Source: Chiloscyllium plagiosum (Eukaryota). Taken from it: 64,000 nt of DNA. This document shows, piece by piece, positions 40,631 through 54,395 of this stretch (position 1 is the stretch's first letter; the number at the start of each line of letters is the position of its first letter). The notes below the pieces were generated by a model. The model searched no databases. It saw nothing but the letters and a program-made list of their open reading frames with translations, and had not been told where the DNA came from. Where the stretch lies: contig NC_057719.1 in NCBI RefSeq assembly GCF_004010195.1, positions 63,822,602-63,886,601 on the forward strand, in the 5' to 3' direction. Both the position numbers and the translations under genes were made by a program.

Positions 40631-41739
40631 TAGGGAAGTTAATTATATTTCCTGATTCAGTCACCTTATGCTTTATGTATGAAATAATTCCTTCTGCAAA
40701 CAGTAGCTTTTGAAAATGATACAAGATTGATTTTGAACTCTTCAGCACTTGTGGCTGAAGAATATTCTGGGAAATGCAGGTCTGTTGCCATTGTGCTTTG
40801 ATGTACTTAGCCTGTCATTGCACAAACAGGCAAGACCCTGGATCACAAAGTCATTATGGGTAAGGACTGCCATTCGATCTACATTGGTTTTTCCATTGAA
40901 AAGACATTGAAGTTCCCCTATAATGGCATTCAGTAATTTTTAAGTGATTCTGGGGGCTTTTGCCTCCATATTCTTTCTTGGAGTCTATTCCATTTGTTGA
41001 CTTTTTTGTGCGTGCACGTCAAGGACAGCTTTCTAAGCAGCCTTTCTAGTAAATTGTAATTGTACGGTGTTTTGATCGCAGTTTCAGAATGATCTCCAAA
41101 TGTTTCCATACTATTGAGTGTACAAATAGTCATTTGGTAGTTTCGCGCTTGAGTGGTACTGGAAAAAATACTTTTTTAAAAACCTTTTCACTTTGTTATC
41201 AGGACAAGAAACTTGCAAGAAATACCTGTATGAAGAGAAAGCAATATTTACAATGTATTAAATGCCACTATTTATTGGTTGGCGAATGGGCTCTGATTGG
41301 GAGACGGCATTGCTATGAAGAATGCACCAGTTAACTGTCGGTCATTGTTAACTAATGGCCATGCCTTCACAGTTATAGGATTATAGTCCTGGAATTCCTT
41401 CCATAACAACACTGTCGGTTTACATAGTCTGCATCGGTTCAAGATTCTGTCTCAACACCACTTTCTCAATGGCATTTAGGGATCGGCACTAAATCTACAC
41501 CTTGTCAAGAATGAACTGCTCAAACTTCTCTCAGTTTTGCTCATAATTTGATACAGTTCAAGTTTCTATTTTCTGCACACAGGTTTACTGATCTGTCAGG
41601 CGTATTGGCTAGAGCCCAATTTCCCCATTGGTAAAGGCCAGTCAATTAAATATGCATCAAGCCAGCTATGGACCTTTCCTGGATTTGGAATATTAAGATG
41701 GGTGTCAGGAATCCCACTCCGTTACCAGTCAGTTCCGCT

Positions 41740-43310
41740 GGGAGCACTGAGCTCCCACTAATGCATCAACAAAAGCTTATTATTGCCTCTGCCTAACCAA
41801 TTCTATCTTGAAATATTCAAGATGGTGCCTCGACTGCCTTCTGAGGCGATCTGTTCAAAAGTTGCAAAACCCTCTTCAATAGAAAACAAAAATTCTCCTC
41901 ATTACTGTTCTGATCATACCCCTGGTTTTGTAATCACCGATAGGAAGAAACATCCTTCTGTTACGACACAGCAGTGAAACTCTCTGTTACTTAAATTAAA
42001 CACCTAGAAAAGCTCACCTTGCTTCGTAATCTGTTAAAATATGAATGACAGAGAACTCCTAAATTCCACGATTTAAAGAAAATAACATCAATTTATTTAA
42101 CTCTAAAAGTTAAAATTAAACAACTATTCACAACTCTAAACACCCCCTTCTCTTAACTGCTTATTACCTGTCTCCAACTGAATAACAATATGCTGTTCCA
42201 ATAAGACACTTAGTAAAATTATATCAACTTACTTTCAAAACCACACAACAGCTGTTGTCTTCTGTGACTTCACTCTTCCAGTTGCTGAATTCCCTGGGTT
42301 GTTGTCTTGCTCTTTGTTGCAAGCATATGTTTCATATGAAAAGGTACCTTTGATAGAGAGTTTTCTAATTTCTTGTGCCTCTCTCGATGGCAGTTTTTCT
42401 CCCTCCAGTCTTCAAAATATCCGCATTTTTATATCACCAACTTCAGATCGTGTCATTGGTTCAATGTTGGCAAAACAATAAATTCAAACTCAATTGGGTT
42501 TCAGTATCCTGGGGCATAATTTAACTGATTGGTTAATTTTGAATTGTTGTCAAAACCGCAACCAAAACTCAGGTATCCATTTCACAGTTATGTTACATAT
42601 TTTCAATTTTCCAGTACATTCTGGTCATATACACAGGTGTTTGTGATCTCTCAGTTCAGAAAAGCATTCACTGTCTCTTAAAGGTACAGTACACACCTTC
42701 AACTTCACAACACCTCTCATGTCAAGACCATCCAGCAACTTATAAACTCAATCAAGTTATCACTCACTGTTCCAGTTTATCAATCTAGTAAACCTCCAGT
42801 AAACTTTCCCAAATATATTTATATCCTTTGTTTAATTGGGAGACCAAAACAGCACAAAGTATTATAGATGTGCTTTCATCAATATCCTGTATAACTGAAG
42901 CATAACATCCTTATTTTATGTTCAATTCCTCATGTAATAAAGGACAGCATCCCATTAGACTACTTTATTTCTTGCTGTACCTGTAAACTAATATTTTGTA
43001 ACTCATGTACCAGAGAACCTCGATCCCTCTGCATCTCAGAATTATGTAATCATTCTTCATTTAAGTAACACTTTGCTCTTATATTCTTCTTGTCAAAGTG
43101 AACAATTTCAACCTTGTCCCATATTAAAGGCCATCTGCTAAATGTTTTTTATCCAGTCATTTAACTTCTTGATATCTGTCCGCAACTTCCTTACATCTAC
43201 TTCATTGCATAGTTCTCTGCCAAGCTCGGTGTCATTTATGAATTTAGCAACCATGCCTCTGCACTCCTCATCTAGGCTTTACCATAAATTGTAAAAAGTT
43301 GAGGTTCCAA
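41740..43310 (-). mobile_element. Decayed CR1 3' part, interrupted by a solo LTR
   Basis: Reverse-strand CR1 RT and C-terminal remnants on both sides of 41959-42712. Confidence 0.6.
41959..42712. mobile_element. Probable solo LTR (754 bp)
   Basis: TG...CA termini with imperfect inverted ends tgttacga / tcacaaca. Near-TSD cttc / cctc. Interrupts a CR1 and has no coding capacity. Confidence 0.6.
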
Positions 43311-45008
43311 CTAAGATGAATTGAAACTTTTCTCCTTGGAAGGAGCAAGGCACCTTATGTCAGAAACCACTGACTACATTGCAGCCCGAAGCCCACCAAA
43401 CCAGCAAAAGTAAGAATTGTGGGAATGAATGGAGTAGATAGTCATTTTACAGTAGCAGGAGAAGTGCTCATATATTCTCAGACACTGAGGAGGAAACTCA
43501 GAAGGCAGTAAGGTTTAGTCACGTGGGGGTGAGGGATTAGATTGGCAAAAGCCGTTGAGTGGACATGATGCAGCTAATAGCGAGAATTAAGTCCATTAGC
43601 GGTTTGTGAAAGGCATGTGCAGTTCCAGAGTTAGAGCGACGTGACAGAGAGAATGTGGTGGCACTTACCCTTGCGGAGTACAAAAGATCATGGCCCTTCA
43701 TTCTGCATGGCTGCACCTTGTATTTCACCTGGCACTGACCCCAGCTAAAATATAAAGTCTTAAGCAGCCGAGTCATAGAGATGTACAGCATGGAAATAGA
43801 CCCTTTGGTCCAACCTGTCCATGCTGACCAGATATCCCAACCCAATCTAGTCCCACCTGCCAGCACCCGGCCCATATCCCTCCAAACCCTTCCTATTCAT
43901 GTACCCATCCAAATGCCTTTAAATGTTGCAATTGTACCAGCCTCCACCAAATCCTCTGGCAGCTCATTCCATACACATACCATCCTCTGCGTGAAAAGGT
44001 TGCCCCTTAGGTCTCTTTTATATCATTCCCCTCTCACCCTAAACCTATGCTGTCTAGTTCTGGACTCCTTGACCCCAGGACTTTGCCTATTTACCCTATC
44101 CATGCCCCTCATAATTTTGTAAACCTTTATAAGGTCACCCGTCAGCCTCCAACGCTGCAGGGAAAACAGCCCCAGTCTGTTTAGCCTCTCCCTGTAGCTC
44201 AGAACTTCCAACCCTGGCACCATCCTTGTAAATCTTTTCTGAACCCTTTCAAGTTTTGCAATATCTTTCCGATAGGAAGGAGACCAGAATTGCAAGCAAT
44301 ATTCCAACAGTGGCCTAACCAAATGTCCTGTACAGCCACAACATGACCTCCCAACTCCTGTACTCAATACTCTGACCCATAAAGGAAAGCATACCAAGCA
44401 CCTTCTTCACTATCCTATCTACCTGCAACTCCACTTTCAAGGAGCTATGAACCTGCATCCAAGGTCTCTTTGTTCAGCAACACTCCCTAGGACCTTACCA
44501 TTAAGTGTAGAAGTCCTGCTAAGATTTGCTTTCCCAAAATGCTGCACCTCGCATTTATCTGAATTACACTCCATCTGCCATTTCTCAGCCCATTGGTCCA
44601 TCTGGTCCAGATCCTGTTGTAACCTGAGGTAACCCTCTTCGCTGTCCACTACACCTCCAATTTTGGTGTCATCTGCAAACTTACCTCTTACCTCTTATGC
44701 TCGCATCCAAATCATTTATGTAAATAACAAAAAGTAGAGGACCCAGCACCGATCCCTGTGGCACTCCACTGGTCACAGGCCTCCAGTCTGAAAAACAATC
44801 CTCTACCACCACCCTCTGTCTTCTGCCTTTGAGCCAGTAATGTATCCAAATGGCTAGTTCTCGCTGTATTCCATGAGATCTAACCTTGCTAATCAGTCTC
44901 CCATGGGGAACCTTGTTGAATGCCTTACTGAAGTCCATATAGATCACATCTACCGCTCTGCCTTCATCAATCCTCTTTGTTACTTCTTCAAAAGACTCAA
45001 TCAAGTGT

Positions 45009-45338
45009 NNNNNNNNNNNNNNNNNNNNNNNNNNNNNNNNNNNNNNNNNNNNNNNNNNNNNNNNNNNNNNNNNNNNNNNNNNNNNNNNNNNNNNNNNNNN
45101 NNNNNNNNNNNNNNNNNNNNNNNNNNNNNNNNNNNNNNNNNNNNNNNNNNNNNNNNNNNNNNNNNNNNNNNNNNNNNNNNNNNNNNNNNNNNNNNNNNNN
45201 NNNNNNNNNNNNNNNNNNNNNNNNNNNNNNNNNNNNNNNNNNNNNNNNNNNNNNNNNNNNNNNNNNNNNNNNNNNNNNNNNNNNNNNNNNNNNNNNNNNN
45301 NNNNNNNNNNNNNNNNNNNNNNNNNNNNNNNNNNNNNN
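45009..45338. other. Assembly gap (330 N)
   Basis: Run of N inside the CR1. Confidence 1.
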
Positions 45339-45569
45339 GAGGGGCCCTATTCTCTCCCTAGTTACCCTTTTGTCCTTAATATATTTGTAAAAACCCTTTG
45401 AATTCCTTAATTCTATTTGCCAGAGCTCATGTCCCCGTTTTGCCCTCCTGATTTCCCTCTTAAGTATACTCCTACTTTCTTTATACTCTTCTAAGAATTC
45501 ACTCGATCTATCCTGTCTATACCTGACATATGCTTCCTTCTTTTTCTTAACCAAACCCTCAATTTCTTT

Positions 45570-45784
45570 GTTAAAAATCACACAACGCCAGGTTATAGTC
45601 CAACAGGTTTAATTGGAAGCACACTAGCTTTCGGAGCGACGCTCCTTCATCAGGTGACAATCACCTGATGAAGGAGCGTCGCTCCGAAAGCTAATGTGCT
45701 TCCAATTAAACCTGTTGGACTATAACCTGGTGTTGTGTGATTTTTAACTTTGTACACCCCAGTCCAACACCGGCATCTCCGAAT
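45570..45784. mobile_element. Palindromic PLE-derived insertion (family C) with back-to-back hammerheads at 45622-45656 (-) and 45662-45696 (+)
   Basis: 88-bp arms with a 3-nt spacer and a 36-nt tail. 12-bp TSD ctcaatttcttt at 45558-45569 and 45785-45796. Minus copy reads CAC CUGAUGA A GGAGC GUC GCUCC GAAA GCUA GUG. Confidence 0.88.
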
Positions 45785-47282
45785 CTCAATTTCTTTAGTC
45801 ATCCAGCATTCCCTATACCTACCAGCCTTCCCTTTCACCCTGACAGGAATATACTTTCTCTGATTCTTGTTATCTTATTTCTGAAGGCTTCCCATTTTCC
45901 AGCAGTCCCTTTACCTGCGATCATCTGCCTCCAATCAGCTTCCAAAAGTTCTTGCCTAATACCATCAAAATTGGCCTTTCTCCAATTTAGAACTTCAACT
46001 TTTAGATCGGGTCTATCCTTTTTTAAAACAAATAGAACTATGGTCGCTGGCCCCAAAGTGCTCCCCCACTGACACCTCAGTCACCTGCCCTACCTTATTT
46101 CCCAAGAGTAGGTCAAGTTTTGCACCTTCTTTAGTAGGTACATCCACGAACTGAATCAGAAAATTTTCTTGTACACACTTAAGAAATTCCTCTCCATCTA
46201 AACCTTTAACGCTATGGCAGTCCCAGTCAATGTTTGGAACGTTAAACTCCCCTACCATAACTACCCTATTATTCTTACTGATAGCTGAGATCTCCTTACA
46301 AGTTTGTTTCTCAATTTCCCTCTGACTATTAGGGGGTCTATAATACAATCCCAATAAGGTGATCATCCCTTTCTTATTTCTCAGTTCCACCCAAATCACT
46401 TCTCTGGAACTATTTCCAGGAATATCCTCCCTCAGCACAGCCTTATTGCTATCCCTTATCAAAAATGCCACTCCCCTTCCTCTCTTGCCTCCCTTTCTAT
46501 CCTTCCTGTAGCCTTCCTGTAGCATTTGTATCCTGGAACGTTAAGCTGCCAGTCCTGCCCATCCCTGAGTCATGTTAGTCAATTCATTTATTTTGTTTTG
46601 ACTACTATGTGCATTCAAAGAGCATTAATTTTACCTGTTTAACGATACCTACCCCTATTTGATTCTATTTGCTGGTGTTTTTATATGTGTGTACACTCTG
46701 TCTCTTCATGTCCTACACTAGGTATCATTATCCAAAACATTACCGTCTATAACTGCCAGATCCTTTTGCTTCATAAACCTGCACTCATCCACGTGCAAAC
46801 CCAAACCCCCTCTCCGCCTAATGACATGCTCATGAAGTGCAATTTGAAGTTACTTGGCATTACCAAATTAGTGCAGGTATGATTCCTGGGATTGCCCCTA
46901 GCAGTGCCTCAATTCCAAAGGTTTTACTGCTCCCCTAAAGAAAAAAAGTAGCTGACCCCACCTACTTTGCACATGGTGTCAGCCATTTTGTATAGTTATT
47001 TTGAAGTTAACTTTTTATCTGACATGGCAAGTGCTCAAACATGCTGCAGGTATAACATTTTTGTAGCACAGTGCCACACGGCATATCCACCCCTTTGACA
47101 GTTCAGTGTTCCCCACTGTGACTAGATGCCTGCCTCTTCCTCTGAGTTTAACAAAGTAATGCAAGCCACAGAGACTGGCAGCCTGCAACCTGGCACTGAA
47201 GACCATGATCAGCAAGAAAGCAACGTGAACCACACTGAGACTGGCAGCCTGTAAATCTGTGATCACAACTACCTGACCTTTA

Positions 47283-49745
47283 CTATAGTCATGGAGAGGG
47301 ATAGGAGCAGACCGTATGGGAAAGTACTTAATTGGGGGAGGGGAATTTACAATACAATTAGGCAGGAACTGTGGAGCATAAATTGGGAACAGATATTCTC
47401 AAGGAAATGCACAACAGAAATGTGGAGGTTGATTAGAGAGCACTTGATAGGTTTGTCTCACTGAAGCAAGGAAGGATGGTAGAGTGAAGGAATCGTGGGT
47501 GACAAGAGATGTGGAACAACTAGTCAAGAGGGAGAAGGACATTTACTTAAGGTTGAGGATGCAGGATCAGACAGGGCTCTAGAGAGTTACAAGGTAGCCA
47601 GGAAGGAACTGAAGAATGGACTTAGGAGAGCTAGAAGGGGGCATGAAAAAGCCTTAGCGGGTAAGATTAAGGAAAACCCCAAGCCATTCTACACTTTTGT
47701 GAGGAATAAGAGGATGGCCAGAATGAGGGTAGGGCCAATCAGGGATAGTGAAAGGAACTTGTCCCTGGAGTCAGTGGAGGTAGGGGAGGTCTTTAATTAA
47801 TACTTTTGTGTCAGTATTCACTAGTGAGAGAGACCTTGTTGTTTGTGAGGACAGCGTGAAACAGGCTGATACGCTGAAAAGGGTTGATGTAAAGAAGGAG
47901 GATGTGCTGGAAATTTTGAAAATCATGATGATAGTTAAATTCCCTGGGCCTGATGGGATATACCCAAGGTTATTACGGGAAGTGAGGGGAGAGATTGCTG
48001 CACCTTTGGTGATGATCTTTGTGTCCGCACTGTCCAGTGGAGTAGTACCAGATGATTGGAGAGTGACAAATATTATTCTCTTGTTCAAGAAAGGGAATAG
48101 GGATAACCCTAGGAATTACAGACTAGTCAGTCGTAAGTCAGTGGTGGGCAAATTAATGGAGAGGATTCTGAGAGACAGGATTTATGATTACTTGGAAAAG
48201 CATAGCTTGACTAGAGATAGTCAGCATGGCTTTGTGAGGGGCAGGCCATGCCTCACAAGCCTTATTGACTTCTTTGAGGATGTGACAAAACACATTGATG
48301 ATGTAGAGCGGTGGATGTGGTGTACATGGATTTTAGCAAGATGTTTGATAAGGTTCCAGAGGGGCAGTAGAGATGACCCAGGTAATTATAGACCAGTGAG
48401 CCTTACGTCTTTGTAGGAAAGGTTTTGGAAAGGATTATTAGAGGGAAAATTTATAATCATCTAGCAAGAAATAGAATTTGTAATCGTCTAGCAAGTGATA
48501 ATTTGATTGGAGAAAATCCATATGGTTTTGTCAAGGATAGGTCGTGTTTCACAAACCTCATTGAGTATTTTGAGGTGACCAAGCATGTGGATGATGGTAG
48601 GGCAGTTGACGTGGTGTACATGGACTTTAGTAAGCCTTTGATAAGGTTCCACATGGTAGGCTTTTGGAGAAAATGCAGAGGTATGGGATTGAGCGTGACT
48701 TAGCAGTTTGGATTAGAAACTGGCTTTCTATAAGAAAGCAGCGAGTTGTGGGTGATGGAAAATATTCAGCCTGGAGATTGGTTACTAGTGGTGTGCCACA
48801 AGGATTTGTTTTGGAACCACTGCTGTTTGTCATTTTTATAAATGACTTAGATGAGGAAATGGAAGGGTGGGTTAGTAGATTTGCCAATGATACGAAGATT
48901 GGTGGAGTTGTGGATAGTGTGGAGGGCAGTTGCAGGTTGTAACAGGTCATTGAGAAGATGCAGAGCTGGGCTGAGAAGTGACAGATGGAGTTCAACCTGA
49001 AAAAGTGTGAAGTGATTCATTTTGGAAGGTCGAATTTGAATGCAGGTTACAGGTTAAAGGCAGGTTTCTTGGCAATGTGGCGGAACAGAGGGGTCCTGAT
49101 ATCTACGTCCATAAACCCCTCAAAGTTGCCAACCAAGTTGATAGGGTTGTTAAGAAGTCATACGGTGTGTCGGCTTTCATTAGGAGAGGGATTGAGTTTA
49201 AGAGCTGCGCACTTATGCTGTAGCTCTATAAAGCCCTGGTTAGACCATACTTGGAATACTGTATTCATTTCTGCTCACCTCATTATAGGAAGGATGTGGA
49301 AGCTTTAGAGAAGGTGCAGAGGAGATTTACCAGGACGCTGCATGGACTGGAGGTCAGGTCTTATGAAGAAAGATAGAGGGAGCCAGGCCTTTTCTCATTG
49401 GAGTGAAGAAGGATGAGAGTTAGCTTGATAGAGGTATACAAGATGATGAGAGGCATAGAGTGGATAGCCAGAGACATTTTAGGGCAGAAATGGTTATTAC
49501 AAGGGGGCATAATTTTAAAGTGATTGGAGGAAGATTTAGGGGAGATGTCAGAGGTAGGTTCTTACACAGAGAGTGCTGGGTGCGTGGAATGCTCTGCCAG
49601 CGGTGGTGGTAGAGTCAGATACATTAGGGATATTGAAGTGACACTTGGATTATAGTAAAATGAAGGGTATGTAAGTAGTTTGATCTGAGAGTAGGATAAA
49701 AGGTCGACACGACATCAAGAGCTGAAGGGCCTGTACTCTACTGTT
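47283..49745 (+). mobile_element. CR1 LINE ORF2 and 3' UTR with an internal RT duplication or chimera
   Basis: ORFs 47808, 48425 and 48664. The NYRPVSL..QHGF..DFSK block occurs twice. Confidence 0.9.
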
Positions 49746-51924
49746 CAATGATCCAAGTTAGTGAGTTGGCACATCAGTGAGAAACCAGAGTAAAATATGC
49801 AGAGGCTGGCAGTCTACAAATAAGACCAAAGTGAGTGAGTGCTAAGAAAGCATCCTGACCTACCCTTGTATTGCAAAGCCATGTGATAGAAGCACATGAG
49901 CCGGAAGTGCCCTTGAGCTACAAAGTGTTCAAGGTCTGAAGCAGTGCATGAGTTGTTCTGAGGACAAGCACGATGATGTGTGAGGTTTCTCATTTTTCTA
50001 TGCCCTGCCCTGCAATTATGAATGATTGAAGGAGGATGGTGCCCATGGAGCGTGCAGAGGCTTTGAGCTAAACAATCAGTTGCATGAAGACCGGAATAAG
50101 CATTCAGTGAGCTGCAGCCACCTGGTCCCTGCTCTGATTTGCAAATTAGGAACTTGTCTAATTTCTTAAAAAATAAAGGAAGTGGCGTAAGAAGAAAGAT
50201 GAGTTGAAGCTTTGATACACAGAGATAAAGTAGTCACACTCGGTGAGATTCTGAAGTCCCATTTAATGTTTGAGGGTAAGAGTTTCTGATTTTTGCATTC
50301 TACCCACCTCCCTCACAATTGCTCATGCCACACAAGGCAGTGGAAAATTCCATTCTTATTACCTAAAAATGTGCTTTAAAAGAGCACATTGAATTGAAAT
50401 GAAGCTGAACTTCTGTGTTCCATCCTTTATTTACAAAGAGGTGCTGCATTTGTATAAAGAGATGGTCTTTATAAAATATTCTCTTTCTCCGTATTGCTTG
50501 TCTAGTTCATTCGAAGCTCATTATGAAATAGACGTCTTGATACATTACTGGTCTCATTTTTTTTAAATATCATGCAAACAGTCGGACTCGAGCATTGGAA
50601 TCCTTGCCAAGATAACAGCTGAATCTCACAGTATCAACACGTCATGCCATTTGCAGAACATAGGTGAAGACCTTGAGGCTTGTGATCATTAATATGGTGA
50701 AACTGCTCTCATTAAAGTTGATTACAAAAGAATACACTTTATTAAAAAAAAAGCCCAATGTTTCATTATCTGACAGTGAACTTTCTGTATGCCAGGTTCC
50801 TCTCTCTTATTCATTCACTGCTTCAAAGATTGGTTATTCACAGGCCTCTCACTATTCTGTGTTTGACTTGGGTGGAAAGGTTTTTTTTAAAGAGATTTGC
50901 CATTGACAACTGATCCTGCTCCTGGGTTTGTTTCTGTTCCTCACTGCTATTCACTTTGTGTGCCATGACTCGATTGGAATTTTTAAATTGACTTACCTTA
51001 AATAATTATCTCTCTTGAACTGTGGGTTTTAAACAGGTTTGGTTTAGATGTTAAGATCACAGCTCATAAGGATTAGCCAGGATGCTCAATTAATACAAGG
51101 TTGGTTGGGCTGTCGCTTTTTATTTGATAGAATTATTGTCGGAGTTATTTAATTAATCTCGAACTGCTGCCCTTTCCCCATAGCCTCCAAGTATTTATTC
51201 TGTTAGTCCTTTATAAGTCAGTATTGAATCTGGTCCCACCACCCCTTAATAGTGTACATTCTAAATCACAACTTACTGTGTAAAAAAAATCTTTATGCCA
51301 TCCCTGACCCTGGCAATTCTTTTGTCAAGAATATTAAATCTTGATCTTCTGGTTATCAGCCCTTCTGCCAGAAGGGACAATTTCTACCCGTTTATCTGCT
51401 TTTGGCAGCTGCTATCAGTATCAAGGACTCCTAAATATTTAATTGGTGCAATGCAAACTCATGCTCAAACTCTATCTCTTTCTATTATTTGTACATTTCA
51501 GTTTCTGAATTGCCATTTTGCAAACTGTTTTGATCCAGATATGTCAACTAGGAATTGAATTTCAAAACTAGTTTCACAAAGCGCATTTAGCCCCAGCAAA
51601 GTTGTTAATCCCATTAATTTAAATTTGTGGCCACAAAGAGATGGAATTGCTAATCTATCATTTGAGAGATAGGGTTCAAAATATCTTTGTCCTTGAAATT
51701 TCTCCAGAGCTATAGTCTGATTTTTCTGGGGGCTACATTTTCTTCTCACTAACTCCTTCATTAGGTGAGATATAATCACATAAAGCATTACTTCTGTATT
51801 TGTCAAATTCTGCATTGGCATATGTGACAATTAGACCCTCAGAAGCAGAATTCAAAGAACTAGATCTTGAAGTTTCGAACTTATCATCAATAATTACCAT
51901 AGGGAAAGCTTCAATCTCTGAGAC

Positions 51925-53290
51925 TTTGATTTGGTGCATTGTTGTCACCGTATTTCATGAGATACAGTGGAAAGTGTTGTTTTGTACGCTCTACAGGTAG
52001 ATCATAACTCAAAGACTGCAGGATACAGTGTTACAGCCATGGAGAAGGTGCAGAGAGAGAGAGAGAGATCAACATTAACATTTGAGAGGTTCATTCAAAA
52101 GTCTGATAACAAAAGGGAATAAACTGTTCTTGAATCTATTCGAACATTTATATCTTCTGCTTGATGGAAGAGGTGAAAGAAAGTAAAACAGGGATGGGAG
52201 GGGTCTTTGATTATGTTGGTTGCTTTGCCAAGGTAGTAGAAAATATAGCTAGTGTCAATAGATGGAAGGCTGGTTTTCGTGATGGACTAGGCTATGTTCA
52301 CAACTCTGTAGTTTCTTGCGGGCTTGGGCAAAGCATATATATCCAGATAGGATGATTTATATGCTGCATCTATAAAAATTGGTAAAAGCCTTTGTGGACA
52401 TGCTAAATAGTAAAGTCATTGTCATGCTTTCTTGACCATTGCATCAATGTGGGTGGACCAGGTCAGATTGGTGATCATCACTCCCAGGAACTTGATGCTC
52501 TGGACCATCTCCACCTCAGCATCATTGATGCAGACGAGCTTGTCCTCCACTCTTCCTGAAGAAAATGACCAGTTCCTTCATTTTGCTGATGTTGATGGAG
52601 AGATTGGTGTCTACATCATCGTGCTACTAAGCACTGAATCGCTTTCCTGTATTCTGTCTCGTCGTTGTTTGAGATCTGACTTACAACAGTGATGTCATCA
52701 GCAAACTTGTAAATGGAGTTGAAGCAGAATTTGGCCACACAGTCATGATTGTACAAGGAGTGCAGTTGGGAGCTGAGTACGAGCCTTGCAGGTCGCTGAT
52801 GTTTGAGGATCATCATGGAGGAGGTTTGTCACCTATTCGTACTGGTTGCAGTCTATGGGGCAGGAAGTGGAGGATCCTGTTAGAGGGGGGAGCTGACACC
52901 CCAGTCTTGAAGTTTAGAGATTAGTTTGTTTGGAATTATGGCGTTGAAGGCAGAGCTGTTGTCAGTAATTAAGAGTCTGACATAGATCTTTGATATCCAG
53001 ATATTCCAGGGATGAGTGAAGAGCCAGAGAGATGCTGTCTGCCCATGGATCTACCGCGCCAGTAGGTGAATTGCAAAGGATCAAGGCAATCTAGTAATCT
53101 GGAATTGGGGTGAGCCATGACTAACTTCATAATTATGGAGGTCAGAGCCGCCAGGCAGTAGACATTGAGGGTCGCTGATTCTTTGGCATCTGGATGGTTT
53201 TTGTCTTCTTGAAGCAGGTGGGGACTTCAGATTAAATAAGGAATGCTCCCTCCAGCTGGTCGGCACAGGAATTGAGTACACAGCTGTGGA
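51925..53290 (-). mobile_element. Decayed Rex1/Babar-like LINE
   Basis: ORF 52616 HDCVAKFCFNSIYKFADDITVVSQISNNDETEYR. Related to 1195-2340. Confidence 0.75.
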
Positions 53291-53829
53291 CACTACACTT
53301 ATAAACTGTTAGAAGACAACAGATATAAGTTAGCAACAAAAGTGATTTTATTCAATAACTGACATGCAAAATGTAAAAAAAATAATTGCAAGGAATTCAT
53401 TACCTGTGACTTTGAGCTTACCTGGCTCCCAGTAGCTAGTTCCTGTGCTGATAGGTTCCTCTTGTCAGCCTTCCTCCCACTCCCCCTTTACAACTGCTGG
53501 TTACCTCCCCTCTCCCCTTTGCAAACACTCACTTAACCCCAATCCCTTTTCCCCCTTTGCAATCACTGGATTCTCATCCACTCTGCTACCTTGTAGTCTC
53601 TCACTTCCGTCCCTTCTGCTGCTCCGCCACTGACCAAACCCCTCGTCTTTGCAGGACCCCAACCTCTTTTCTCAAGCAGCACCCCCATGATGATTAACAA
53701 ATATTTTCATTTGTTATATGAAGTGGGATGTGACTGTATTTGTAATGAACGTTATATGTAACTGTTCAATTCCCTGAATCATGAAAGCTAACAGCTCACC
53801 ATCTATCCTGACTTATGAAACTGCTTTGT

Positions 53830-54160
53830 TGATGAAGGCATCACTGGCTAGGCCAGAATTTATTGTCCATCTCTAATTGCCCAGAGGACAGTTAAGAGTC
53901 AACCAGATTGCTGTGGGTCTGGAGTCACACGTAATCAAGACCAGATAAGGATGGCAGTTTCCTTCCCTGAAGGATATTAGTGAACCAGATGGGTTTTTAT
54001 GACAATTGACAGTGGATTCATGGTCATCATTGGACTCCGAATTCCAGATTTTAAAAATTGAATTCAAATCCATTATCTGCATGGCAGGATTCAAACCCAT
54101 ATCACCAGAACCTTACCTGGGTCTCTGCATAAATAGCCCAGTGACAATGTTGTCATGCCA
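53830..54160 (-). mobile_element. tRNA-derived SINE, same family as 15170-15460
   Basis: Reverse B-box ggattcaaacc, with shared central and tail sequence. Confidence 0.6.
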
Positions 54161-54395
54161 GCCATAAAATACTCTGTTTGTGAATGAATGACAGTAAGCT
54201 GAGGCTAAAGATCAACAGGTGCAGATGGAGGATCTATCTAATGTGACATAAACTAAGAGTCATGAATCAAATTCGTTCATGAGTGTAAGATAAGAATAGG
54301 GGGCCTCATTTTGAGGTTTAGGTGAATGGAAAGTCAGCCTCAGGGCAAGGTCTGCCACTGACCACCTAACCTAGTTGCTTGAATGGAACAATATC

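Larger units (their letters stand above)
43770..46580 (-). mobile_element. CR1 LINE ORF2 (APE and RT) plus 3' UTR, spanning the assembly gap
   Basis: ORFs 46013 (GLYYRPPNS, VMVGEFNVPNIDWD, SDH), 44681 ([18 protein letters not shown]) and 44023. Confidence 0.92.

Noticed and set aside
44873..45581. Long ORFs of 137-194 aa
   Set aside because: Artefacts of the 330-N gap inside a CR1.
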